Source: a phage
Strand: one strand, 5' to 3'
Length of the DNA: 64,000 nt
Sequence record: PZ386970.1
The notes under the pieces are model-generated. The model saw only the letters and a program-made list of their open reading frames with translations, was not told where the DNA came from and made no database searches. Position numbers and translations under genes: made by a program. How positions within the stretch are numbered: position 1 is the stretch's first letter; the number at the start of each line of letters is the position of its first letter. Shown here in pieces: positions 9,771 to 19,319 of this stretch.

Positions 9771-10047
9771 TAATTCCTTGATAAGCCCAATAAGGAGGAT
9801 TAACAGAATCCTCACCCGAGTTTTCTTCAGGAAAATAAACCTGGATAACAAATCCAGATGCATCAAAGGTAAAATAAACCGTAGGCAGTTCACCTAACAA
9901 TTCGGCACGAGCGTTGATTTCTTCGAGGTCTTGTTCACGTCCAGCCCAAAAACTAGGATTTAGACTACATTCGTAAAAATAATAGTCATTACCGAACATA
10001 TCAAACCCCTTCCAACTCTCTACCACGTACCGCTCAAAACTAATCAT
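9736..10047 (-). CDS. hypothetical protein
   Basis: 103 aa ORF; no motif. Confidence 0.4.
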   Translation of the reverse strand: MISFERYVVESWKGFDMFGNDYYFYECSLNPSFWAGREQDLEEINARAELLGELPTVYFTFDASGFVIQVYFPEENSGEDSVNPPYWAYQGIISRGTKLELKE

Positions 10048-10049
10048 AA

Positions 10050-10265
10050 TTAAGCCTTTTTATCAAGAACAGAATTCAGTTTGTTAGTAATTTTGTCCAG
10101 ACGCTCATTGAACTCACTAGAAGATAAGCCCTTTTCCGGAGAAATTAAACTAATCACGAAAAATACACCAGTAAAAGGAATAAGAAAAATAGCTCCAACT
10201 GCCATAAACAGAAAGAATGTTACAGTTGTAAGAAAATCAGCTAAACCTTTACGAAATTTATACAT
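10050..10265 (-). CDS. hypothetical small membrane protein
   Basis: 71 aa with one long hydrophobic segment (FFLFMAVGAIFLIPFTGVFFVISLI). Confidence 0.4.
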   Translation of the reverse strand: MYKFRKGLADFLTTVTFFLFMAVGAIFLIPFTGVFFVISLISPEKGLSSSEFNERLDKITNKLNSVLDKKA

Positions 10266-10376
10266 ATTTACCCTTAATTAATTAACCAAGCGTTGATAAG
10301 CAAACCATATTGCGAATAAAATTCTGGACCAAAATGAAAAATCATATCATTTATAGTATCCATAATGTAGTTCAAT

Positions 10377-10847
10377 TTAATCATGTTTCCACACCCCATC
10401 GGTATTTGACCAAAGTCGCTGATTATCTGATCCTCGCCACAGCTTTTTGGTCGGAAGATTTTTCTCATACTTCCCATCAATAATAACATCAACATATTTA
10501 AGCATTTCTAGCTGTTTAATATCTTCAAACTTATATCCTGTCCACAACCAAATGCTTTTATTAGGATAAAGATTTTTTACTGTTTGAACAATGCAATGAA
10601 TAACATCTCGGTTATCAGGATAGAGAGGGTCACCTCCGGTTATAGTCAATCCTTCTATATAATCATTATTCAAACATTCAATTAATTGTTCTAGTGTTTC
10701 ACCAGTGAATGGAATACCATTTCTAGCATTCCATGTTGATTTATTATAACACCCTTCGCATTTATGCAAACACCCTGTAACGAAAAGAACGACCCTACAA
10801 CCAGGGCCATTCACAAAATCGCAAGGATAAAACCTATCATAATTCAT
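10377..10847 (-). CDS. nrdG: anaerobic ribonucleotide reductase activating protein NrdG
   Basis: 156 aa radical-SAM activase with CLHKCEGC (Cx3Cx2C) cluster motif; directly downstream of nrdD. Confidence 0.9.
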   Translation of the reverse strand: MNYDRFYPCDFVNGPGCRVVLFVTGCLHKCEGCYNKSTWNARNGIPFTGETLEQLIECLNNDYIEGLTITGGDPLYPDNRDVIHCIVQTVKNLYPNKSIWLWTGYKFEDIKQLEMLKYVDVIIDGKYEKNLPTKKLWRGSDNQRLWSNTDGVWKHD

Positions 10848-12120
10848 TGGTGTTTAACCCTATGCATGATTTCTTTATTTTTACCGAGATTAAATCCGCG
10901 TTCGTTCGGATTTCCCAAATAGCCGCATGTTCTTCTTATGGTGTTCATCTTTTTAGGATCAGTTTCTCCACAAACTGAACAAACAAATCCGTTTTCAGTA
11001 GGAGTCATTTCATGAGTACTTCCGCATGTAAAACATTTATCCACTGGCATATTAACACCAAAATAATCTAAATGTTGTGCAGCATAATCCCAGACAGCCT
11101 CAAGACCCTTTAAATTGTTTTTCATATCTGGAAGTTCAACATAAGAAATGTGACCACCTGTCGCAATGAAATGATATGGCGCTTCACGAGAAATCTTTTC
11201 AAATGGAGTAATATTTTCTTCTACTGAAACATGGAAACTGTTAGTGTACCAGCCTTTATCGGTAACATCTTTTACACTTCCATATTTTTCTGTGTCTAGT
11301 TTACAGAAACGATAACAAAGGTTTTCAGCAGGAGTAGAATACAAACTAAAAGCAAATCCAGTTCTTTCAGTCCACTGTTTAAGATGAGCATTCATTTTAG
11401 TTAAAATTTCTTGCCCAATATCACGACCAACAAGAATATTCAATTCATGAATACCAATGTATCCTAAAGACACTGAACTTCTACCATTTTTAAATAACTC
11501 AATTATGTCATCATCAGGTTTAAGACGAACCCCGAATGCACCTTCTTGGTAAAGAATAGGAGCAACAGTCGCTTTAACTCCTTTTAAGGAACTAATTCTA
11601 CACATCAAAGCTTCAAAACATAAATCCATTCGTTCATTGAATAATTCAACAAATTTCTGTTCATTGAACTGTGTTCCAATATAAGAATCTAATGCGATAC
11701 GAGGAAGATTCAGTGTTACAACACCGAGATTATTACGTCCATCAAGAATTTCATTACCAGTCGAATCTTTCCATACACTCAAGAAACTACGGCAGCCCAT
11801 TGGAGAAACAGGAACAGATGAACCGGTAATAGCTTTATTATTCTTAACAGAAATAATGTCAGGATACATTCTTTTGCTTGCACATTCTAACGCAAGTTGT
11901 TTAATATCATAGTTCGGATCATCTTTATAAAGATTAACACCCTCTTCAACAAACATAACAAGTTTAGGAAAAATAGGAGTTATCCCATCACGACCAAGAC
12001 CTTTAATACGATTTTTCAGAATTGCTTTCTGAATCATTCGTTCAGTCCAGTCAGTTCCCGTACCAAATGTAATTGTTACAAAAGGCGTTTGTCCATTAGA
12101 GCTGAAAAGTGTATTTACTT
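10844..12120 (-). CDS. nrdD: anaerobic ribonucleotide reductase NrdD, exon 2 (5' boundary approximate)
   Basis: Glycyl radical motif RTCGYLG and C-terminal zinc ribbon CFTCGS...CSVCGE; reading frame continues from exon 1 across a roughly 1 kb intron; splice acceptor not mapped. Confidence 0.8.
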
Positions 12121-13164
12121 CATCATTATATTCAGCATGAGTCGCAAATTCATGCCCGTTTATATGAAACAACAAAATTTGGATAGTCCATAGATATGCA
12201 ACGTTCTTTTATAGTGCTAGGATGAAAATTTAGCGCTTTAGCTGCTTCTATATAAGACGTATACTTAATACCGTCAACAACCACATATTCAGGAACTTTA
12301 TGAATAGTAGTCTTAATACTCAAAACAAGAGGATGAGTTTCGACTTCACTTTCAGTGCAATTTAAATATTCCGCTGCTTTTTTAAAACTTCTAAAAGTTT
12401 TATTTTTAAGCTTTATCGATACTTGTTTTTTACTTTTTCGACTATTGATATTATTTTGCACATGTTCCTTAGATCTTCCATTTTTAGCATAATATTCAGC
12501 TACAGAAGATTTTATATTGTTTTTATGAGATTTGGATAACACTTTACCCTTATGAGCATCTCTTAATTTTTGAATATGTTCTTCAGTATCCGGATGTTTA
12601 TAAAACTTTTTACCGCCTATGGATTTATTTAAACATTTTTTGCTATAAAAATATTTACGTATGACCTCTTCTTCATGTTTTAATGCATCTTTATAACTAT
12701 CAAATGTTTTTAAAATTATCCATTTAGTAGGTGTATCAGTTTTTAAGCGTTCATTTATATACTTAGATGACGTTGTGTAAGTTTTCCAGTTTGTGGGCTT
12801 GTTTTTAATTGTTCTAAATTTTTTATAACCGATATAAATGTCGCCATTAGAAAACTTAACTAAGTATGTAAATGCGTCTTTATCTTTTATTTTAGTACAA
12901 CGTCTTTTTATCCATTTCATTGTTTCACCTCGTATTCATAAGATAATCTTATTTATACAAGATGACTGCTGCATGTCGCCATGCAGATTAGACTATATCT
13001 TCATCTTTCGATGCCGGCCGTTTCGAATAGCATTAGCTTCTATTCTACACCGTTACATTCATCACGGTTAGTCGTTAGGCATTTAGTTCAAAAGAACATT
13101 TAGCACGGGATTGTCTTACTAGAGAGGTTCCCCGTTTAGACCGGTTTTACATGAGCCTGAATTA
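12121..13164 (-). other. group I intron in nrdD (boundaries approximate)
   Basis: Exon 1 frame hits a stop at 13162-13164; GC-rich structured non-coding sequence at 12925-13160; embedded endonuclease ORF; same arrangement as the T4 nrdD intron. Confidence 0.6.
12150..12920 (-). mobile_element. intron-encoded GIY-YIG homing endonuclease
   Basis: 256 aa ORF inside the nrdD intron; TYL-x7-IYIGY arrangement near the N-terminus and basic repeats (KGKVLSKSHKNNIKSS, KNGRSKEH) resembling NUMOD3 modules. Confidence 0.65.
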
Positions 13165-13707
13165 AATTAACTCATACGCCTGAAATGCATCGTATACATC
13201 TTTTTCTGTTTTAGATTGAGCATAATTCAACGCATCAGCGATTTGCCATTTTTCTGCATCCTCAATATGTTTTGCATAGGTGCGTTTAACATAAGGAGAA
13301 AGTACTTTATCTACATTTGCAAAAGTCGTTCCGCCGTATTGATGGGAAGCAACCTGTGCAGTAATTTGTGCCATAATTGCAGTAGCAACGCCAATTGATT
13401 TAGGAGTTTCAATCTGTGCATTACCTAGCTTAAATCCATTTTCAAGCATTCCTTTTAAATCTACTAAACAGCAATTAGTAAAAGGAAGAGCAGGGGAATA
13501 ATCAATATCGTGCACGTGAATAATTCCGCTTTCATGCGCTTTCATAATAAAAGACGGGACCATATTTTTGGCAATGTGTTTAGACACAATACCAGCCATA
13601 AGGTCCCGTTGAGTTGGAAAAACACGAGAATCTTTATTAGCATTCTCGTTCAAAAGATCTTTATTAGTTTTATGAATTAATCCTTCAATTTCTTTTTCAA
13701 TTTTCAT
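13165..13707 (-). CDS. nrdD: anaerobic ribonucleotide reductase NrdD, exon 1
   Basis: 181 aa N-terminal portion of class III RNR; terminates at the intron boundary. Confidence 0.8.
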
Positions 13708-14177
13708 TTTAAACTCTTTCTAAGCTGCTTTTTGAATGAAGCTATTAATTGTGGTTTAGTATCAGATTCATTATATTCAAATCCTCTTTGAAGCATCTCA
13801 GCCATCATTTCCTCTTTACCTAAACGAGAAAATTCCTTTGATTTATCTCCAACAAAATTAGGATGGATATTATTATCAGAATAATCTTGTTTCAAATAAG
13901 CAAGAAGAGCTTCAAGCCATTCTAGGTAGTCGACATCACGGCCTTTAAGACCAGAACGGTTGAACTTATGCTTCATTTGACCTTCTGCTGCGTTGCACAG
14001 ATTACAGAGTAATCCACGAACTCTACCGGCTTTTGGCCCGTTTAATTCGTGGTCGTGGTCAAGATGGTTACCTTGAACATCAGGGTCTAATTCACGGTGG
14101 CAAATAGGACACTTACCGTTCTGTGCATCATAAAATTTTTGTTTTTCTTCTTTATATTTTGCGCCTGATAATAACAT
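13704..14177 (-). CDS. 49: endonuclease VII (Holliday junction resolvase, gp49)
   Basis: 157 aa; NGKCPICHREL...HLDHDHELNGPKAG...LLCNLCNAAEG matches T4 endonuclease VII as I recall it, including zinc ligands. Confidence 0.9.
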   Translation of the reverse strand: MLLSGAKYKEEKQKFYDAQNGKCPICHRELDPDVQGNHLDHDHELNGPKAGRVRGLLCNLCNAAEGQMKHKFNRSGLKGRDVDYLEWLEALLAYLKQDYSDNNIHPNFVGDKSKEFSRLGKEEMMAEMLQRGFEYNESDTKPQLIASFKKQLRKSLK

Positions 14178-14212
14178 GATAAACCCTTACCTTAAATAGA
14201 TAAGGGTATTTA

Positions 14213-14638
14213 TTAACTTAAACGTCTTTCTAAATATTCAATGTATTCTGCGGCTGCTTGCATCAGGTTACCTTCATATCCGTCATTATTTTCTTGTCCG
14301 GCTAATTTAGCTAATGCATAAGAAATTCGTTCACCTTCGAATTCACCAAGTTTACTACCTAGCACATCCGCAATATCAGCCGAATCAATTTCTTCGAGTT
14401 CATCTATTGAATGGGATTCCCAGAAGCACCAAAGAGAAGTATCACGGTCATAGATGCAAAGTTTCTCACCTGTGTTCAACATCACTTCGTTAATGCCATG
14501 GTCGCCATAACCATCCTCGGTAGTAGTACCAATTACCTTGATGATTGTTCCTTTCTTTAATTCAGGAAACTTGGCTTGTAGTTCTTCATCTTCTTTAACA
14601 ATCTTGAACCATTTACCGCGAGTTTCAGAAATATTCAT
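14213..14638 (-). CDS. hypothetical protein (pin-like position)
   Basis: ORF trimmed to internal Met MNISETRGKW...; position upstream of 49 corresponds to T4 pin, not verified by sequence. Confidence 0.35.
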   Translation of the reverse strand: MNISETRGKWFKIVKEDEELQAKFPELKKGTIIKVIGTTTEDGYGDHGINEVMLNTGEKLCIYDRDTSLWCFWESHSIDELEEIDSADIADVLGSKLGEFEGERISYALAKLAGQENNDGYEGNLMQAAAEYIEYLERRLS

Positions 14639-14639
14639 A

Positions 14640-14837
14640 TCAATATTCTCTATAAAAGTTACGATGAGAACGTTTAGCTTTGCGAAGCTGACGTTTAGTA
14701 GGACGAACTGTAAATGGTTGTCCAGAGAAAAAATTCGGATCGGTTTTAATAAGCAAATACCAATCATGCTTGCCATTTTTTAATAAACGGTACAATAATT
14801 TAACTTGCATAATAATCTCTTCCCATTTCCATATCAA
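14640..14837 (-). CDS. hypothetical basic protein
   Basis: 65 aa ORF; no motif. Confidence 0.3.
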   Translation of the reverse strand: MIWKWEEIIMQVKLLYRLLKNGKHDWYLLIKTDPNFFSGQPFTVRPTKRQLRKAKRSHRNFYREY

Positions 14838-14938
14838 TTAATTCATTTATTGAAGGTTCATCATAACACGTTTCTTCGTCGTTGTAAACTGTTTCGACGT
14901 CTGGCTCGACTGTCTCCCATCGAGCGGTATACCATGGT

Positions 14939-15274
14939 TTAACCCCGGAGTTTATTGAGCTCTTCATAATCAACCCAGGATTCTAGCCCAGATGGCAAAG
15001 CTGATTCAACGTTCCACAGAAGCTCTTCGATGGCTTGTAGGCGATTATATTCTTCAACAGTAATAGTAACCATTGTTTCAGGCTTTTTAACCATCATGTC
15101 ATTCATCAGAATGTACAGGTCTTCACAAACAGCCGGGTCGTCCCATGTCCATATTTCAGCATCTCGAACCAATGAAGTCGGAATCGAATTTAAAACTTCA
15201 AGCTTAGTAGGAGCGTCAGGGCCGAGAAGAGTTGCTACAAATTTATATGCTTTGGCGAAATCAATATCGTTCAT
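14939..15274 (-). CDS. hypothetical acidic protein
   Basis: 111 aa ORF; no motif. Confidence 0.4.
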   Translation of the reverse strand: MNDIDFAKAYKFVATLLGPDAPTKLEVLNSIPTSLVRDAEIWTWDDPAVCEDLYILMNDMMVKKPETMVTITVEEYNRLQAIEELLWNVESALPSGLESWVDYEELNKLRG

Positions 15275-15534
15275 TTAAAATATTCTCGCAGTTGGTCAAA
15301 TCCACCAATGTGACTTCCGTCAGGAGCAAACACTTGAGGCATAGTCAATCCAACTTGTGATTCACGTCCAAGCTTAACCAGAAGCTCAGCAATTTTCTCA
15401 TCGTCGAACACACCTTTTTCTGGCATAACATTAATGAATTCGAATGGCTGTTTCTTAACAGTCAGCAATCGTTTCGCATTATCACAATAAATGCATTTAT
15501 GAATAGTAGAGTCATACCCGTACACTTTAAACAT
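15271..15534 (-). CDS. nrdC: thioredoxin/glutaredoxin NrdC
   Basis: MFKVYGYDSTIHKCIYCDNAKRLL... with CxxC active site; matches T4 NrdC as recalled; start moved to MFKVYG. Confidence 0.85.
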   Translation of the reverse strand: MFKVYGYDSTIHKCIYCDNAKRLLTVKKQPFEFINVMPEKGVFDDEKIAELLVKLGRESQVGLTMPQVFAPDGSHIGGFDQLREYFK

Positions 15535-15940
15535 TATTTTTCCTTTCATCGATTAAATATGCAATGCCAAATACAATACATGTAATAAAACCTGTGATAC
15601 AGATAGAAACCAACAACACTGTACCAAAGAACCAAATCAAGTTATCTTTAGTAGTTTGTTTGATATCCATCTCACGAATTTCTATAGCTATCGTATCACC
15701 TTTATTCAGAAGCGTATAAAACGATGGTGATACATGCCTGTCAAAAACTCGACCTTGTTCATCTTTATAAACTGCAATAAATTCCAATTTAGAATATTTT
15801 CCTGTAGATTGGCCTGAGATTAATTCCACTACCTCCACAGGAATTACTTTAGTTTCCATGTAAGTATTCTGGCTGTTCCAAATGAATGGAATGATGGCAA
15901 AAACTAAAGCTGCGATAAAACAACGAAGGCTATATCTCAT
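15527..15940 (-). CDS. hypothetical membrane protein
   Basis: 137 aa with N- and C-terminal hydrophobic helices. Confidence 0.4.
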   Translation of the reverse strand: MRYSLRCFIAALVFAIIPFIWNSQNTYMETKVIPVEVVELISGQSTGKYSKLEFIAVYKDEQGRVFDRHVSPSFYTLLNKGDTIAIEIREMDIKQTTKDNLIWFFGTVLLVSICITGFITCIVFGIAYLIDERKNNV

Positions 15941-16245
15941 TATAATGTTCTCTCAAATTTGTGGAAGCATTTACGGCATTTCAATTTCAAGTTATCAGTG
16001 GTCCAGTTAACCAGTTGGACTTGGATAGTTCCACATTCCGGGCATGGGTGTTTTGCTGCCGATTTGGCAGCATTTTCACGTCGTTCAACCATTTTCATTA
16101 TTTCGTTCCATGCCGGAGGAACGAACTCTTCTTCACCGTGGATTTTATCTCGCTGAACAAATTCAATCTTTGAACTATCGTCAATAAACTTAACCAAGCC
16201 ATGATTAGTGCTCATATCAATATCCTCTAAAAGACGTAGTTTCAT
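15940..16245 (-). CDS. hypothetical zinc-ribbon protein
   Basis: 101 aa with CPEC...CRKC (Cx2C-x20-Cx2C) near the C-terminus. Confidence 0.45.
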   Translation of the reverse strand: MKLRLLEDIDMSTNHGLVKFIDDSSKIEFVQRDKIHGEEEFVPPAWNEIMKMVERRENAAKSAAKHPCPECGTIQVQLVNWTTDNLKLKCRKCFHKFERTL

Positions 16246-17192
16246 TATAACACCTCAATGGCATTTCGTAAACCGTCCGCTTTCGCATTCAGAGCTTTTA
16301 ACGATTTAGTCTGTTCTTTAATCTGGGCTTCGACTTCTTTCAGACGAGATTTGAGGTACTCACGTTCTTCGCTCAAGTTGTCAACTTTTTCTACTTTAGG
16401 TTCTTTAATAGTCTTAAGTTTATACTCGTTAGGGTTCTTCAGCTTAATTCGGGTGCGAGAACTGAATAACATTGAACCGTTATCTTCGGATTCGTCGAAC
16501 GTTTCAACAACATCCATAGTCTCTAACAATGTAATAAGTTTATAAGACAACGAACGAATAGTTTTGTTGTGCTTATTAATTTCTTCGGCTTTCATGGTAC
16601 CGAGATTACGTGAGTAATAATAAGGAACCTGGATATTAATTGATAATGATGCGTTACCATTACCGGTTGGTTTGAATACTGCAGTAACCCAATCTTTAAC
16701 ATGAACTTTATTTGTACGACCATCACCACCTGTGAATAATTTACGAGAATGTTTAAAAAGCATATTCACTTGGTTATTGAATTCACAAGCAAATTTATCA
16801 GCAAATTTAGTTTCAGGAATGGTAGAGAACCAATCGGCTAAATGGGTCTTTTTAACATCGTTAATAATAGTAAATTCAACTAAATCTGATTTAGATTCCA
16901 CTGATTTGAAGCATGGCTTCATAAAGTTTTTAATATTATCGCGAGCTACAGTAGAAGATAATAAACGAGAACGTTTGAACCATTGAAGCAGTGTCCCTAA
17001 TGAATGAGAATACGCATTCTGAGTATCTTTACAGATATGATTTTCTTGGTCTGTGTATGTACCAAAATCTCGAAGAATACCACTTACTACATCTCGGTGT
17101 GGAACATCAAATCCTAGTGTACCAGTGGCGCGCTGAGCATGAACGTTAGCGATAAGACCGGCAAAGTATTCAATGTAATGTGAACGTGTCAT
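16245..17192 (-). CDS. hypothetical protein with C-terminal coiled coil
   Basis: 315 aa; C-terminal 60 aa are heptad-like and charged (LKSRLKEVEAQIKEQTKSLKAL); no catalytic motif recognised. Confidence 0.5.
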   Translation of the reverse strand: MTRSHYIEYFAGLIANVHAQRATGTLGFDVPHRDVVSGILRDFGTYTDQENHICKDTQNAYSHSLGTLLQWFKRSRLLSSTVARDNIKNFMKPCFKSVESKSDLVEFTIINDVKKTHLADWFSTIPETKFADKFACEFNNQVNMLFKHSRKLFTGGDGRTNKVHVKDWVTAVFKPTGNGNASLSINIQVPYYYSRNLGTMKAEEINKHNKTIRSLSYKLITLLETMDVVETFDESEDNGSMLFSSRTRIKLKNPNEYKLKTIKEPKVEKVDNLSEEREYLKSRLKEVEAQIKEQTKSLKALNAKADGLRNAIEVL

Positions 17193-17220
17193 AATATTTT
17201 CCTCTCGTTAAGATAGATTT

Positions 17221-17249
17221 ATTATACTCCAACCATCCTTGGTTGTACA
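17221..17249 (-). promoter_or_regulatory. T4-type early promoter (-35 TGTACA, -10 TATAAT)
   Basis: Minus strand TGTACA-17 nt-TATAAT, 30 nt upstream of the ORF starting at 17192. Confidence 0.45.
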
Positions 17250-18245
17250 TCATTCCTTAAGAAGTTTTACTACTTGAATAAGATTAGCTCGTTCTGTTTT
17301 ATTTTTACCGTTCAATCCGGCCAGTCGCGAGATTTCATCGTCAATCTGTTGAATAGTTACATTAAGTTCGTTAATCAAAGCTTCAAAGTATTTGATTTGC
17401 TCAGCATGTTTTGATTCAAATTTCTGAACCGGAATAACGTCTTGGTTCAGTTCATCAATAAGGTCTTTAAGAGCATCTTCTTGGTTGATATCGTATTCAA
17501 CTTCTTTTATTTCTTCAACGAGCTCGTCTTTATATCTAACGTCTTTTAGTCCTGAAGCTGGTCCTGAAATCTCTTCTTTAAGAGTACAAACATATCCAAT
17601 ACGGTATCCAATGCCGTCTCGCTTGATATCAACTTCGTCGATAAATCCACAATGTTTAAGCCCGGAGCCAATTAGGTCAAAATATCCTTGACGTCGTCCT
17701 TCAAACGTTACACGAACTACTAAGACAGTTTTACCTGCAACCTTTTGAAGCTCACATTTATAAAAGTCAGTTGAACCTGAATAACGTGGATGAGTTTTAA
17801 AGTTCATCTGACGATCTAGACCCATTTGTAAACGTGCTGATACGGCCAGAAAACGTGTTTGGTTCTCGTTAAGATGAGCAACAATCCATTTCAAAGGCAT
17901 TTTACCCTGTTCACGGCCGAACAAATCAGTACGTCCTAAATTACGCAGGATATTGTTAGAGTTAATCATCGACAGAACGTTAAGTTTATTCAGCGCGCTG
18001 AAGATTCCATCAGCCATTGATTTTCCATAACCTTTACACGCTTTAATAAGTGCTCGCGGCAGATTAGTATAGATTTCAGACGGCATATGAAAATCAAATT
18101 TACTAGTCAGTAATTGATGAACTTGGATAGCAATTTGTTCATAATTAAGTGCTCTGCGATCATTATGGTCTTTAAACCACACTTTAATCTGTGAAGCACA
18201 TAAACCGTTAATTTCATGTTTTACCGCATCAGATGTAATGCTCAT
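17250..18245 (-). CDS. hypothetical protein with C-terminal coiled coil
   Basis: 331 aa; C-terminal about 90 aa acidic coiled-coil-like; same architecture as the neighbouring 315 aa protein. Confidence 0.5.
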   Translation of the reverse strand: MSITSDAVKHEINGLCASQIKVWFKDHNDRRALNYEQIAIQVHQLLTSKFDFHMPSEIYTNLPRALIKACKGYGKSMADGIFSALNKLNVLSMINSNNILRNLGRTDLFGREQGKMPLKWIVAHLNENQTRFLAVSARLQMGLDRQMNFKTHPRYSGSTDFYKCELQKVAGKTVLVVRVTFEGRRQGYFDLIGSGLKHCGFIDEVDIKRDGIGYRIGYVCTLKEEISGPASGLKDVRYKDELVEEIKEVEYDINQEDALKDLIDELNQDVIPVQKFESKHAEQIKYFEALINELNVTIQQIDDEISRLAGLNGKNKTERANLIQVVKLLKE

Positions 18246-18307
18246 AACTATTTCCTCAGATTGAATTGGAACTCAAAACCATTATAACCCGTCCTTGGGT
18301 AAAGCGT

Positions 18308-18835
18308 TTATGCGTGAACCGACTTTAAACGTTCTTCAAATTTCCGAAGAGTACTAATACGTTCTGCTTTCTGTTTTGTGTAGTTTGCAATACGTTCTGA
18401 AGTGAGAGCGTATCGTTCGTTTACTGATTCTTTCATGAAGTCAGGGATTTCACGAGAAGCTTTAATTTCATCAAACTTATCGAGTACTGCCTGGTCTTCA
18501 GCAATTAAATTTTCGTACATCTCGATATCTTTCTTGATGAAGTCGATATCTTCCTGGGTTACTTTGGATAAACGAGATGCTTTATCCTTTTTGTACTGCT
18601 CGTTAGTTTCACGAGACCAGAATAATGTACGTTTTTTATTAGTGTTTTTGTAGACTTCCACAATTCCAACTGAATCGATGATAACAATCCAATTCCAGCG
18701 AGATTTGAAAATCTGACCTCCATCCACGGTAATCTCGTTACCATAAGCAACGTCATTAAAGAACTTGCTCTGTGCTTCAGATTTAAATTTACCGTCGTTA
18801 TAATTTACCAGGTTGAAAATATCTTTAGCGTTCAT
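18308..18835 (-). CDS. hypothetical protein
   Basis: 175 aa ORF preceded by an early promoter. Confidence 0.5.
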   Translation of the reverse strand: MNAKDIFNLVNYNDGKFKSEAQSKFFNDVAYGNEITVDGGQIFKSRWNWIVIIDSVGIVEVYKNTNKKRTLFWSRETNEQYKKDKASRLSKVTQEDIDFIKKDIEMYENLIAEDQAVLDKFDEIKASREIPDFMKESVNERYALTSERIANYTKQKAERISTLRKFEERLKSVHA

Positions 18836-18862
18836 GTTTTACCTCCAGTAGTTGATAGGTCT

Positions 18863-18891
18863 ATAATAACATAACCATAGACCTTGTAAAC
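18863..18891 (-). promoter_or_regulatory. T4-type early promoter inside palindromic element
   Basis: Minus strand GTTTAC-17 nt-TGT-TATTAT; the -10 sits inside the inverted repeat TAGGTCTAT / ATAGACCT. Confidence 0.5.
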
Positions 18892-18893
18892 AA

Positions 18894-19181
18894 CTAAAAG
18901 AAACTTTTTTCGGTATTTTTTCCACTGAACCAAACCGACTTCGGGTTTTTTTGTAATTTTTCAGATTTAAGTTTCTCTTCCTGTTCTTTCTTATATACAC
19001 CCTTGTCGTACTGGAGCATCTCTATGGCACTCTTTTGCAAACGATCTAAGGTAATTAAGGCTTTAGTTTTTCCTTTCAAGGAAGAGTCCTGGCGAACCTC
19101 CTCGCTATATTGCATTGTAGAACTAACCATACGATGAGCATAGAGTTCGACTGCGGCTTTAATTTTTTGCATAAAATCCAT
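18894..19181 (-). CDS. hypothetical protein
   Basis: 95 aa ORF; overlaps another candidate ORF; weak. Confidence 0.3.
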   Translation of the reverse strand: MDFMQKIKAAVELYAHRMVSSTMQYSEEVRQDSSLKGKTKALITLDRLQKSAIEMLQYDKGVYKKEQEEKLKSEKLQKNPKSVWFSGKNTEKSFF

Positions 19182-19319
19182 AACATATCCTCTTTGATTT
19201 GTACATCATTATTTTTAAATATTTCTATGCCCTCAGTAGGTTCCTGGTGTCCTTCTTTGAGGTAAGCTATATGATTATTCATCTTTATGGCTTTTGTTAC
19301 CTCAGAACTTCCTATAAGC

